64,000 nt of DNA from Amoebidium appalachense (GCA_963693365.1 CAVNZM010000011.1:7551437-7615436), one strand, 5' to 3'. Positions 27,760 to 41,900 are shown, numbered from the stretch's first letter. Notes: a model not told the origin generated them from the letters alone. Made by a program: numbers and translations.

Positions 27760-29169
27760 GTCATTACTTTCCTGTATTATCCTTTATGCTACTTCAAGTT
27801 TTATACCCTACCGCTTACACAGGATGTAGGCTGGTGAAAGGTTTAATGGTGGGACGTTCGGTGACGTTTGTACCACGGACCACGGGAACATCTTCCCCAG
27901 GAACAGTATTCAAAACGAAGAACTTTTATATTTTGAGGTGCTAAAAACGTGAGGACCACTTGTTATGGCCGTTGCCCTTCTCAATCTTGGTACGGAAATG
28001 CACCCATATTATACTGCAAATGTATTGTATATGACGTGTGTATATCGTACAGGTACTGGTAGTATATTGATAGTACCTCCTACGTAATGATTTGTTCGCA
28101 TTCGAACATACTGGCAGTATATACTGAGACTATAACCAATATATGGTTTCCTTAGCTGTGTCCGTATTGGTGACAGTATTATAGATGTATTCGTGACATT
28201 GCCAATACCACTTGTGCCTTAGATATTCGCAATAGGATAAAAGTTTTCTTGCTATATCATGTTTATGTCCTACTAATATGGATGTGATATGGGTAGGATA
28301 TGATCTACATAATGTCAGTATATGTCCACCCTAATACCACGGTATTAGCAATGTACTGCGCATACAAGGACTACACTCCGAACATGTTTGTTGAACATGT
28401 GTTGGCAATACATTCACAATATTGCAACTACATAGGTAAAGTGACCTGTTCTTTCATCCCCAATATTGTACCAATATATTGGCAATAAAATACACGCCCC
28501 ATATTTTCGGTTGCTTTTACCTATTGATAATAGGTGCATAATAGTCTTGATATTGTGACGGATACATTGGCAATACATTTGGACCGTATTGAGACCCTAT
28601 TATAAGCATATCACAACCCTATAACCAATAGCGACGTTATGTTTGTATCGGCCATATGGGACATATGTGTTGGGTATATTGCCAATAACCCAAAATGGTC
28701 AGGAATAATACATTCATAATATATTGGCAATAGTCTTGCCACGTTGGACAATACCATAATTTGACACAAAATTATCCTACATTTTATATATTCATAACTT
28801 ATTGACAATACTCCGCAAGCAATAGTATAATACCGAATAAATACATTGACAATATCGAAATTGTATTGTTAATAGGCACACGTACACGCGTTTTGAGATA
28901 TTGCCAGTACATTACTCATACGGTATATAGTTATTGGTGGTAGACCCGGCATGGTATGACAATAATATCAAAATATGTTGCCGATATTACGTCAATATTA
29001 CAGTTCTATTACACTTCTATAGCGTCTCTACCACAGAAAATCTCTACTCGCAATACATTGGCAATGGATAATTGATATTACTTCAGTATTAATTTGGTAT
29101 TTTTACGATATTGGCAATAGATAATAGCCTCACAATATTGGCAATACCGCCGGGAAGTTTGCTGATGGA

Positions 29170-29179
29170 GTGTGTGTGT

Positions 29180-29210
<31 letters not shown>

Positions 29211-29668
29211 GGGGGGGGGAGACTTTGAACGTGCATGCAATAGACTTCATAAGATGAAAGCACACAAGCTGTGTGCCACACGGCCTCACGTAAGGGCATG
29301 CATGCATGGGGAGGGAATGTGTGTGTGTGTGTGTGGGGGGGGGGACTTTGAACGTGCATGCAATAGGCTTCATAAGATGAAAGCACACAAGCTGTGTGCC
29401 ACACGGGCATGCATGCATGGGGAGGGAATATGTGTGTGTGTGTGTGGGGGGGGACTTTGAACGTGCATGCAATAGACTTCATAAGATGAAAGCACACAAG
29501 CTGTGTGCCACACGGGCATGCATGCATGGGGAGGGAATGTGTGTGTGTGTGTGGGGGGGGGACTTTGAACGTGCATGCAATAGACTTCATAAGATGAAAG
29601 CACACCGTCTGTGTGCCACACGGGCATGCATGCATGGGGAGGGAGTGTGTGCCAGGGTGTGTGTGTGT

Positions 29669-29717
<49 letters not shown>

Positions 29718-29815
29718 GATTTTGAACGTGCATGCAATAGACTTCATAAGATGAAAGCACACAAGCTGTGTGCCACAAGAGCATGCATGCATGGGGAGGC
29801 CTAGGGAGTGTGTGT

Positions 29816-29846
<31 letters not shown>

Positions 29847-30020
29847 GGGGGGGAGGGGGGAGGGGGAAGACTTTGAACGTGCATGCAATAGACTTCATAA
29901 GATGAAAGCACACAAGCTGTGTGCCACACGGGCATGCATGCATGGGGAGGGAGTGTGTGTGTGTGTGTGTGTGGGGGGGGAGGGGGGGGGGGAGACTTTA
30001 AACGTGCATGCAATAGACCT
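29170..30020. repeat. Tandem array of an ~85-bp core plus a variable (GT)n(G)n linker, ~6.5 copies
   Basis: GACTTTGAACGTGCATGCAATAGACTTCATAAGATG at ~29221, 29344, 29453, 29561, 29717, 29868 and 29993. Confidence 0.9.
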
Positions 30021-31180
30021 GAAAAGCAAGTGTGTACCAAAAGGGACCTGGACTTCTTTGTATACAATCGATATTAAATCGGTTGAAAACAGCAAAACAA
30101 GACTTGTACATATATAATAACCACAAGATACTAAACCATCCAGAACCAGAAAAAACAAGATGCCTACATGCTATGATCCATAAGATGCTTGTTAACATAA
30201 ATACAGAAACCGTAAGATGCTACCAGTATCAACCGTCATATATTAAAATACCCCAGCCAGCCCCTGTGGCCATACCCAGCCCCTGACACATACAACAAAA
30301 TCAAAACACACCCCTCACCACTCCCAACCTCCTATTCATCTTCGCTTTCATCACTGTCCTCTTCAATAACATGTACATCTAAAACTTGCTTTGCTCGTGT
30401 CCTGGCACTGCGGGCAGGGGCTGATTTCTGACTCGGTTTTGGTTTCCTTGCTCGACCACTTTCTTTCCCTTAAAGTTTCTTCCCCTCGACCTTCTTCTCG
30501 CCCATACTGATCATGTCATCCAATTACTGATCTAGTGCCGTCTCAAATTCCGTCTCTTCCTGGCACTGCCGTTTGTACGCATCGAAAGCAATATCTGACA
30601 CTCCTCTCTTTACACCCTGGGACAATGCAGGGGGGTTCGACATCATGGAGGGAAGAGAGGCACCAAAAGATGTTTTTTTTTGCAGAGTGCGGGATTGGGA
30701 AAAAGTGGGGTGCAGTGTAGGAGTGTTGGTAACGGCGGCGAGGGACGGATTGAAGAGGTGTACGGGCATGACAGAGGAGAAACCGTGTTGGGTGATACCG
30801 GGCGGGGGGAGGGCAAGAGAGGGCAGGGGGAGGTTGAGGGGGGTTTTGGGTTGAGTGGTACCGGGCGGGAGGAGGGCGGGGAGGGGATTTTGATTGGTCG
30901 TACCAGGGGGGGGGAGGGGGAGGGCGAGACCGTGTTGGATGGTACTGGAGGTGGTAATGTCGGGGAGGGGCTGGGGGTCATCTTTCCACCCACGAAGTTT
31001 CTGCGTGCTCTCGTCGATTGTTCTACGGTATGATTCCCTCATGGTAGCAATATGTGACTGAAGCCTGGCAATATCGGCCAGGCATGTTTCCCTTTCAGTC
31101 TGATGTTCCAGGATCTCGGCCACCTTTTCAACAAGCTGCCGTTCGAGGTCCCGATTCTTTTCCGATAACGCCTGACCGCG

Positions 31181-31863
31181 GCCGGAAATGTAAAGACCGA
31201 ACGTTTCGTTCCGTACATTTGTGCCACACGGTGGGTGGTACTTTCCGTCCTCAAATTATCTGATTTGTGCTCTTGAGGTCGAATGCCAACGTGGCAGCAG
31301 CTGTAAAAGCCCATAAACAGACAGGAGATCAACAAGTTCATGGCCAGCACACAGTCTATGGCTCCTAGTTTGCGCTGGAACAGTGATAGTGTATGTGAAA
31401 GAAGGAGGTGCCTCAGGTGCATCGGGCACACAGCCATATGCTCGTATGCATTGAGCTCGGCCATGGCGAAAAAAAATTGCTGCAGTTGTACGGGCCCTTT
31501 TCTAAAAAGAAGCGGCGGGTATGATGAGGAACTGTCAAACGGAAAGGCGAAAATAGTTGTTGGATAACGAACCGTGGTGCAAAATAGAAGATAAGAGCAA
31601 ATGGGTAATGACAATTGTCGAATCAAGCTACGTTTAAAGCATATCTGATAAACGAAAACCATATATGGTTTTAATGAGCTCTCATTAGCGAATGGCCTAT
31701 CGATCTGAGACATCTTGTTTTGACGGCCGTGGGATGATAGGAGCCCAGCCATGCCCCTCACTTCTGGAACTCCAAAAAAAAAACAAAAAAAAAACAAAAA
31801 AAAACACACACCCACACATACTTTCTCAGCTAGCGGTACCCACTATGCCACGGTGCTGACAAA

Positions 31864-31921
<58 letters not shown>

Positions 31922-32021
31922 AGTCCCCTTCTCGACAGTTTGTCGCATGCTCTATGGTTGCACAAGCACACACTCGCACACACACACCGGTCGGCGCACA
32001 CGCACGCACACAAGCACAAAC

Positions 32022-32109
<88 letters not shown>

Positions 32110-32946
32110 GCACACACGCGCGCGACGCGCGCGCACGCGCTCGCGCGACGCGCGCGCACGCACGCGCGCACGCAAACGCGCACGCAAACGCGCACGCAAA
32201 CGCGCACGCACGCACGCACGCACGCGCATGCATGCACACGCGCACACATGCATGCACGAATACACACATAAACACACATAGGTGCACACACACGCGCGCG
32301 CGCGCGCGCGCACACGCGCGCACACACGCACACAACACACATGCACGCAAACACACCCACACACGTACACGCACAGACACACACACATTCATGAACACAC
32401 ACACACACACACACATACACACACAGGCCCTGGCCATGGAGGCCACCGTCACGGCTGCCCGTCAAGTGCATGAGTTTGTCCCGTGGCTTCAAAAGGTAAA
32501 TGTGACAGTCTAGCTAGCTATCTGTTTCGGTTTTATCTAGATTGTTCTCTTTTCTCGTGGGATGTACCGGTGGACAGTGAGCAGAGATGACAAAAATAAT
32601 TGTGATGATTCCTATTACGTATGCACACGGTTGCCAGTGCGTTTCTTTCTTTCTGCTTCGTATTTGGGTGGGGCAGTGAGGTTACCGGTTGAGGATATTC
32701 GGGTTTTGGATTTTGGGGTTTGGGTTGCGGGGGGTGGGGCGGGAGGGGAGGGGGGGGGAAGGGGGGGAGGGTCTAGAGTCACGAGTATGTGCTGTGGCCA
32801 CTAATATTATAGTATGTATGAACCAGAAATTTCGGCTGCAGTAGAAACAGCACTTTACATAACACTCCTTCCTTCCTCCTCTCTCTCTCTCTCTCTCTCT
32901 CCCTCCCTCCCTCCCTGCTCTCCCCCTCTCACTCGTCTCTCCCTCT

Positions 32947-32978
<32 letters not shown>

Positions 32979-34257
32979 TCTTTTTTTTTTTTTTTTTTTT
33001 TTGGGGGGGGGGGGGGGGGCTGTGTTACATTATTAGCCAAGGCACACCTTTACCGGCTTATATATTCTAGAAGAAATAAAGATGCCTACGTACTGATAAT
33101 ATGTACAACCACAGACGTTACGAGTACATACACAATCTTGGTGTTCTTTCGGCCTCTGCACAGCTAACCATGTTAAATCCCGAACGTTTCTAGATTCGGT
33201 GGTCAGTGTTTTGTGGCACCGTCAATGTCCCTAAGTCCCATATAATTGAGATAATGGTTGTATATAGTTGCTGGATAAATTTTGACATCAGCCCAGAACC
33301 ATCGCTAGCCCCCCCCCCCCCTCCTCCCTCCTCTCCAAAAAAAAAAGGAAAAAAAGAAAAGAAAATAGAAGAAAAGGGAAAAAATGAAAAATGAAAAATA
33401 AAAAACAAGAAAGAAGAAAGAAGAAAAATCAAAACAGAAGGAGGGGAGGATACAAGGCAGGAAACACAATCACTACTTACTCACCAAACTACAAGTTATA
33501 AGCCCTCTGCATATATGCTTCGTGTGTACATTACACAAAAAGCCTCCAACAACATTTTCTTTGATGACAAACATCAACAAAAGCAACATTAAGAATTATC
33601 TTCATAGTAATCACTGAACAATAATAATAGTTGCATGAGTCTGAGAGAGAGATCATGAAGGGGTCTACCGTCATCATGATCAGAAACCTACAGACATCAC
33701 AAGCAAACACAGGTCTGCAAGATTTGCAGAGCTCTGCGATTAAAAGAAAACACAAACCTTAACAGGTATAATCTTATTCACCATCATGTGATATTTAACA
33801 TAACATTGTCGGCCTACTATAACTTAATTTTTTTAATTTAAAAGGTGTTCACCTATTGGCAACGTGTGCTGGGCACAGGGGATTGCCAGCCGCCTTAGCC
33901 TCGTGCATTGCCCTGACCTGCTTCTCGTTCAGGTTGCCCATCGTGAACAGTGTCTCCTGTGGATTTACCCGTGGATATATTAGCGTGAAAGTCATGTCTT
34001 GTCGAAATGGAGGTGGATATGCTAGCCCACAAGTCATTCCTTGTTATTATGCAGATAGATATGCAGGTGGACACATTAGCCCACAAGTCATGTCTTGTCA
34101 TCACACAGATAGATTCGCAGTTAGATATGTTAGCCCGAAAGTCGTTCCTTGAAAAAATGCAGATAGATATTCCAGGAGACGTACGGATATGTTAGCCTGT
34201 AAGTAGCACGTTTATAATGCCGATACGTAAGTAGATGTGGAGAGGAGGCAGGGGGAA

Positions 34258-34291
<34 letters not shown>

Positions 34292-34636
34292 GGCAAGGGG
34301 TTGGGTGGGGGTAGGGGTGGGGATGGAAAGAGGAGAGACAAAAGCGAAGGAGAAAAGAACGGAGAGAGAGAGTGTGTGTGAGCGAGAAAGAGACCCAGAA
34401 AAGAGGGAGTGCCGGAGGGAGAGAGAGATAGAAGAAAGGAGTGGCGAGCGCAGAGGGAGAGGGGGGGGGGGGGGGGGGGGATAGAGGGGGGGTGTTGGGG
34501 AGGGGGGGGAGGGGGGGGGGGGATGGGGCGAGAGATACAAGGGGGGGAGGGGGGAAGGGGCGGGGTGTGGCTGGGGGAGGGGGGGGGGGGGGGGGGGGGG
34601 ATGGATAGATGCAGGGAGGGTGAGAGAAAGAGAGAA

Positions 34637-34667
<31 letters not shown>

Positions 34668-35193
34668 GAGAGAGAGGGGAGGGGGGCAAGGGGGGGGGGG
34701 GGGGGGGGAGAGCAACGGTACACTTGGTGCAGAGGAGAAACACGTGAACCACAATCCATTATCAGGCCAGAACGGGAAGGGAAAGTTGGGGGGGGGGGGG
34801 GGGGGGGGGGGGGGGTGTAAGTCAAGTATTACTTACCCTGCATGGGTGGCCGCAGTTTGCACAGACCACACCGTTTGCATGCTGGGGCTGGACCTGGATG
34901 CCATGCAGCCACATGGCCGTGGATACGTCCTCGAGGTGCCCAATGGGCTGGGGGGGGGGGGGGGGGGGTTAGGATGCATGCTAAAGGGGTTAGAATGCAA
35001 GCGAGTGCTTTTGGGGGGGGGGGGGGGGGGGGGAGGGGGGGTAACAATACATAAGAAGAGGGGGTTAGAATGCAAAGGGGAGGGAGGGGGGGGGGGGGGG
35101 GTAGAATGCAACATAATGCAGGCGCGATTCTACAAATGAAAAGAAGCAGTGTGGAATAAGGGAGGGTGGGGTGGTGGTGGTGGTGGTGGTGGT

Positions 35194-35232
<39 letters not shown>

Positions 35233-35490
35233 CTGAGATGGGTTTTTGGAATGCATTACAGGGTCTGGAGTGCACATTTACGAGGGACATATACAACAAG
35301 GATGCTGAAAAAAAGAGCACGAACAACCGTGTGCATCATAAGCAGAGCTCATCCTCAGGGTGTTCATAGTTATCACTATCGCTAATCACATATCATCAGT
35401 ACAAAACATCTACTATGATGTTAAACACAATGCCATTGCTTTTCTCGGTTGTGGGCAGGGGAAGAGAGGAAGGGGGTAGGGGAGAAAGGG
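31181..35490 (+). repeat. Segmental duplication, copy 2
   Basis: Colinear with 15479-19965. Confidence 0.92.
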
Positions 35491-35511
35491 GCGGGGCGGG
35501 GCGGGGCGGGG

Positions 35512-35546
<35 letters not shown>

Positions 35547-35833
35547 AGGGGGAGGGCGGGGGGAAGGAGGGGGGAATGTATGCATCAGTGTGGAAGGCAG
35601 CTAGAAGGTTACAGACACTCCGGGGCAGGGGCAGGGGGCGGGGGGAGGGAGGAAAGTAGGGGCACACCTTCAAGTCGTCTCTGTTCTTGACGATGTACTT
35701 GACACAGTCATGAGACAGACCGTAGAAGTAGCCCTCATTGAACGGTATGTGCTGCTGGTTGTCGTACCTGTGTGTGTGTGTGTGTGTGTCTGTGTGTGTG
35801 TGTGTGCGCGTGTCTGTTTTTTTTTTTTTTTGT

Positions 35834-35872
<39 letters not shown>

Positions 35873-36364
35873 GGGGAGAGGGAGGGTTGGTTACTTCCAA
35901 GCATATGACAAAAACGGGTCATACTGCTTGCAAGACATGGGCTAGGCCCTACAAAACTATCAGAACGAAAAGCAAAGAAAATGAAAGGCTTTACTAATCC
36001 CTCGTAGTATGAAGAGTTTAACGCCAAAAAACGAAAAGAACATAGCACTTGAATAATAACACCCGAGTTGCACTATAATTACTTTGAAAGTGGAAAAAGG
36101 ACGATTCCCCGTTACTCCTTGTATCGGGCTTTCTGTTTTCCGGCTCACCTGCAACTCCACATATTGTTATCAGACACATCATGTCGGTGTGAATCTTTTA
36201 CTGCCCTTCTTCTCTCCGTGTCTATGTATTTCTCACGTCACGTTGAATAGGGCAACTGAGCGGGAAAAAGGAGGGAAAAAAGGGCTGGGGGAGGGGGGGG
36301 GGGGAGAGGGAGAGAGAGGGGAGGGGGGGGGTTTGGGGTTGTTGTTGTTATATGTCTACGTGTC

Positions 36365-36419
<55 letters not shown>

Positions 36420-36685
36420 ACGCGCGCGTGCGCGCAGGTGTGTGTTTGAATGTGTGTGCGTGTACGCACACGCGCATTTGTGTGTTTGGGGAGAGAAGGG
36501 GCACGGCGAGAGAGGGGGGGGGGGGGGGGGGGAGGGGTTGGAGGGTTGGAGGGGTGGAGTGGGTTCACACACAGCCTGACGGAGATACCACTTTGAGTTT
36601 GGATCCCGGATGGGCTGGATGCGAACAGAGCGGTTGCCAATGTACTTCTTGCGGTGGCTCTTTAGGCCCTTAAAGTGCTCGAGAA

Positions 36686-36686
<1 letters not shown>
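33849..36686 (-). CDS. Spliced host gene, GT31 (beta-1,3-galactosyltransferase-like), last four exons: 36589-36686, 35668-35767, 34837-34947, 33849-33956
   Basis: GT-AG exons join in phase to give KYIG...PIRDPNSKW|YD...GYFYGLSHDCVKYI...|...LEDVSTAMWL, matching GT31 motifs. The upstream exon with the DxD motif was not located. Confidence 0.8.
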
Positions 36687-36741
<55 letters not shown>

Positions 36742-37161
36742 CGCGCGTGTGTGTGCGTACGTGCGTGTGTGCGGGTGCATGTTTGTGTCTTTTGAGGAGT
36801 AGGAAGAGAGAGGGGGGTGGAGGATAATCAGCCCCAAAACAGATGAATGCGGCATTGTTATAGATATACAAGCAGGGAGGGTGTGGTCCGTGGTATAAAG
36901 GAAGGCTGGTTTGGACAGTTGATTGGAACATTGTGTGTGGTGTGGGTGAAGATGGTGGGTGGGTGGATGGGTAGGTGGGTCGGGAAGGGCGAAGGAGGAA
37001 GGATGGGGAGGGGGGGGGGGGGAGGGGGGGCGGTGGGGTGGGGGCGGGCCTGGGAGAAAGTGGGTAGGAAGGGGGGGGGGGGGGGGGGGGGGGGGTGTCT
37101 TTTTTTCTTTTCTTTTCTTTGTTTTTTCTTTCTTTCTTTCTCTTCTTTCTTTTCTTTTTTT

Positions 37162-37194
<33 letters not shown>

Positions 37195-37202
37195 GGGGGG
37201 GG

Positions 37203-37250
<48 letters not shown>

Positions 37251-37952
37251 GGCATGAAGTATATAAACACGTACGTGTGTCAGGAAAAACGGGAGGGAGT
37301 GAGGGGAAAATTTGGGGAGGGAGTACACACACACGAAAAAGGGGGGGTGGGGGGAAGGGGGTTTGGGGGGGAAGGGGCAAGGGCTGGGTGAACGGGTTGA
37401 GACAGGTGTTTGTGAGGGAAAGAGAGCAGGGGGGGGGGGGGTAGTAAAAACACATGTCCGGACAACGAAACACATGAAATGATTCATGGGTTGTGATAAA
37501 AGGTGACAACCATTTCACATTGAATATTGGCCGTAAAACTGATGATATTAGTATGCTTGACAGCTAGATCATACCTGAACAAGCACACCCAATGAGACCC
37601 GAAGGGGGGGGGGGGGGGGGGGGGGGGGGGGAGGAAGGGAGAGGAAGAAGGAAGGGACGGTGGGGGGGGGGGGGGGGGGGGGTAATTGCAAAAACACTTA
37701 AAATGCACCAGATAATGGGTGGTATTTCCACCTCAACACCCCATCTGTCGTTCCCAGCGCATGCCCACTACTATCGAAGGACAAAACAGTGAACCGTTCA
37801 GTCACTCATGGTGCAAGAAGCAGTGTGTGTGTGTGTGTGTGTGTGTCTGTATGTCTGTATGTGGGTGTGTGTGGTGGTGGTGGTTGGTGGGGAGGGGGGA
37901 GGGAGGCAGAAGGGGAGAGAGACATACACACGCAAACACAAAATATTGCCCA

Positions 37953-39247
37953 CCTTTGGCTTCTTCTGCAGCCCTCCGCCCTGTGCGCCTTGGGGAATGG
38001 GCCGCTTCAAGGCCCCAGGGGGCTGGTTGATGGGTCTGATCCCCACGGGCTGCTTTCCCCCGCCTGTACCATCCGGGTGAGATCACAGGCATAAACATGT
38101 GATTCCCAAACAGAAAAAGAAAGAAAGGAAGAAAGGGGAGGGAGAAAGGATAGCAAAGAAGAAGAAGGAGAAGGAGAAAAAAGAAACTGATGCAGCATAG
38201 GTGCTATGAGCACTACGCTGTTACATAGCATCACTTAGTTTGCGATGCCATTGCACCCCAACCAACAGAACAGACATACATATACGTTAACTACAACCAG
38301 AAAGGGTCTAGACCACGGGCTGTGCAGAAGAAGAAGGGCATAGGAGAATGTTTAAAGTAAGGCGCTCCGGATGGTTATCAATGTTATGTCCAACTACCGG
38401 CGGAGAATAGCCGGGACAGAGAAGCAGGGGACACATGGAAGCAAGTCATGTCTGGGAAGCAAGTCATGTCTGTGCCTAGAGCAAAAAGCAAGAAGGAGTG
38501 GATAAAAGGCTACAGACAGACTGCTAGACGGGAAGGGGGCCGAATAATGGGGAGAACACGCAGAAGCTGGGTGGCCCAGCAGCCAAAACAATTACATAAA
38601 GAATGAAAAACTATAAACCCAAACAGATCATCTGTGGTTACCATTCACTGGCCATCATACAGAACTCTGCCAAAACAACCCAGGCGTTCACCACCTTTGC
38701 CCTCTTAAGCTATCCCTGCCAGAAAAATAGGGGAAAACAATGTCCTTAACAAACCCTGTGCTCCTCCCTCTCCCCCTTCCCCCTCCCCCCCACACCACCG
38801 CCACCACCACCACCACCACCACTACCAACAACAACAACTTCCCAATCCACCACCTCCCTCCCTCTCTCTGTCCATCTATTCTTCACTATATCCCCGTCCC
38901 CCAGTACCCTCCTTCCTCCCCTCCTCCCCTCCCTCTCTTTCCCACTCTCCCTCCCATTCTCACTCTCTTTCCCACTCTCACTCCTATTCTCCCTCTCTCT
39001 CACTCTCACTCTCTCTCTCTCTCTCTCTCCCCCCCCCCCCCCCCCCTCCCTCCCCCCGGTCTCCCCATCCCCCCCCCCTCCTCTCTCCCTCATCACTCTC
39101 TTCCAACACCTCCACGCACCACCACAACTTACCCAGTGCCGTCAGCTGCTCCGCCGGGTTCATCGAACGGGCAGGATTAGGCGAGCTTGGTGGCGGAAAG
39201 GGCTTCTTGACAGGGGGCCCGCCCCCAGAGGGGCGAATCCCTGACAT
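37953..39247 (-). CDS. Candidate 5' exons (39133-39247 and ~37953-38063) of a host gene, possibly the GT31 gene
   Basis: An ATG exon ends in a G|GTAAGT donor and is phase-compatible with a CAG|GC...AAG|GTGGGC exon. Linkage to GT31 is unproven. Confidence 0.4.
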
Positions 39248-39708
39248 GTTTGAAAAAGAACCACTGTTTTGTTTTTGCGAAGGTATGGAAGCTGCGTGCA
39301 ACGCTATCGGCCAGCAAAGGTGAATAAAACCGCAATTCAGTATGCTAGCTAGTGCATGGTAGGGTTGTATATACGTAGGCGTACCTGAAACATTGCTTCT
39401 ACATACCCATCGATCCTCCCTTTTCAGACTGAGTGATGTTCAGTCCTTCGCGAGCGTGAGTGATAATATCGATGCTATCGATGTCTCCTCACACGTACTG
39501 ACGGTGTGCACGCGCTGCGATGAACTTTACGTTCGCTGATTTTTCCTTACACTCTCGCGACCGCGTGCATGCTTTCTGTCGCGGCGCCTCGACGGTTCGA
39601 TAGAGTCCAGTGTTCGCTGAATGTGTAAGGAATAATAAGGAGCCAGCTCAGTAGGTGGCAGCGATGTCTCAGGCTTGTCCGGAACAAGTGGCTCAGCCAC
39701 CGAAGTCC

Positions 39709-39750
39709 ATACCACGGCCATCTAGAAGTGTTTCTAGATGGCCGTGGTAT
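39709..39750. repeat. Perfect 19-bp hairpin with 4-nt loop
   Basis: ATACCACGGCCATCTAGAA-GTGT-TTCTAGATGGCCGTGGTAT. Confidence 0.9.
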
Positions 39751-39776
39751 ATATGCATACGCCGGAAGCACGGCCC

Positions 39777-40169
39777 TTGGGATATTCGGGTTGGTTGTAA
39801 GGTTTTCCGGGTCGGGCCGAAGGCCCTAACGGGCCGCAGGCCCGTCTATTGGGCCATAGGCCCTAGGCCTGGGGCCTGGGGCCCGGGGCGCCGGGGACCG
39901 GGGGGCCCGGCCCGGCCCGCGAGCCACCCCCCCCCCCCCGGCCCGGCCCGGCGGCCCGGGGTTAGCAAACTCTGCTAACCCCGGGCCGCCGGGCCGGGCC
40001 GGGGGGGGGGGTGGCTCGCGGGCCGGGCCGGGCCCCCCCGGTCCCCGGCGCCCCGGGCCCCAGGCCCCAGGCCCCAGGCCTAGGGCCTATGGCCCAATAG
40101 ACGGGCCTGCGGCTCGTTAGGGCCTTCGGCCCGACCCGGAAAACCTTACAACCAACCCGAATATCCCAA
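39777..40169. repeat. ~390-bp GC-rich palindrome (arms ~190 bp, loop AACTC at 39968-39972)
   Basis: The arms are reverse complements except for one substitution, one extra CAGGCCC unit and homopolymer length differences. Confidence 0.95.
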
Positions 40170-40726
40170 TATTGCTTCATTCTGATTGGTTGTCACACCA
40201 CGGGGTTTCCCGATTGTTCTTCGAATGACATTTGCTATCACTATCAGACAGTTCTCCAATATCAGAACAGAAAACGGTCTCTACCCAGATGGCCAGATGG
40301 CCAGGTCAAATTCAGTGTGTGGAAAAAGGTGGATAAAACGGGATAAAACGGTGAGCAAAATGATCTGGCCATCTGGCCATGTGGCCATGGAATCTCTATA
40401 TCTAAAAATAGCTGCCACTGCGCCGGGGCGTGGTTCCGGGAGGCAGGGGAGGCACGTGAGCACTCACTGGCCCTGCGCCGGGGCGTGGTTCCGGGAGGCA
40501 GGGGAGCAGGGGAGGCAGGGCGAGGCACGTGAGCACTCACTGGGGCCTGGTTCCGGGAGGCAGGGGAGCAGGGGAGCACTCAGTGTGTGGGTGTGCATAT
40601 GGCAGGGGAGCAGGGGGGCAGGGGGGCAGGGGGGCTGGGGAGCAGGGGAGACTGGCATGCCACTCACGGGGAGGATAGTGTATGTTGGCACGTGTGGGTG
40701 TGTGGGTGATAAAGGCAGAAGCCACA

Positions 40727-41701
40727 ACACGTGTGGTGTCTAAACAGCCTATAGGCATGCTCCGTGTGCAGGCACCAATTTCTACCCTCTTCTGGTTGGT
40801 GCCAAGAGGCAGCGCCCTACACGTGTGGTGTCTAAACAGCCTATAGGCATGCTCCGTGTGCAGGCACCAATTTCTACCCTCTTCTGGTTGGTGCCAAGAG
40901 GCAGCGCCCTACACGTGTGGTGTCTAAACAGCCTATAGGCATGCTCCGTGTGCAGGCACCAATTTCTACCCTCTTCTGGTTGGTGCCAAGAGGCAGCGCC
41001 CTACACGTGTGGTGTCTAAACAGCCTATAGGCATGCTCCGTGTGCAGGCACCAATTTCTACCCTCTTCTGGTTGGTGCCAAGAGGCAGCGCCCTACACGT
41101 GTGGTGTCTAAACAGCCTATAGGCATGCTCCGTGTGCAGGCACCAATTTCTACCCTCTTCTGGTTGGTGCCAAGAGGCAGCGCCCTACACGTGTGGTGTC
41201 TAAACAGCCTATAGGCATGCTCCGTGTGCAGGCACCAATTTCTACCCTCTTCTGGTTGGTGCCAAGAGGCAGCGCCCTACACGTGTGGTGTCTAAACAGC
41301 CTATAGGCATGCTCCGTGTGCAGGCACCAATTTCTACCCTCTTCTGGTTGGTGCCAAGAGGCAGCGCCCTACACGTGTGGTGTCTAAACAGCCTATAGGC
41401 ATGCTCCGTGTGCAGGCACCAATTTCTACCCTCTTCTGGTTGGTGCCAAGAGGCAGCGCCCTACACGTGTGGTGTCTAAACAGCCTATAGGCATGCTCCG
41501 TGTGCAGGCACCAATTTCTACCCTCTTCTGGTTGGTGCCAAGAGGCAGCGCCCTACACGTGTGGTGTCTAAACAGCCTATAGGCATGCTCCGTGTGCAGG
41601 CACCAATTTCTACCCTCTTCTGGTTGGTGCCAAGAGGCAGCGCCCTACACGTGTGGTGTCTAAACAGCCTATAGGCATGCTCCGTGTGCAGGCACCAATT
41701 T
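40727..41701. repeat. 92-bp perfect tandem repeat, ~10.6 copies
   Basis: TAAACAGCCT at 40741, 40833, 40925 and onward to 41661. The units appear identical. Confidence 0.97.
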
Positions 41702-41887
41702 GTTGTGCCTTCCTTTTTTGGTTAGATCTATACCCGGCCAATGGTTAGCAGCCACGGGTTTGTTTTCATCAAGCTTAGACGTGATACTTTGCCAACCATC
41801 AAGGCCGTTTGAGTGACAATGACCGTTGATTGGAGAGATCTATCCCATTGAGCCTTGGCACCATTGCTGTAAGCTGCTTTGTACCGT

Positions 41888-41900
41888 GGCATATAAAAGC
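41888..41900 (+). promoter_or_regulatory. TATA box GGCATATAAAAGC, with upstream CCAAT/ATTGG
   Basis: 95 bp upstream of ATG 41995. The same 13-mer precedes the convergent gene. Confidence 0.7.

Noticed and set aside
29170-30020. Repeat-spacer (CRISPR-like) structure
   Set aside because: The variable parts are only (GT)n and (G)n length changes.
40727-41701. CRISPR-like array
   Set aside because: The units are identical end to end with no unique spacers, and no cas genes are present.
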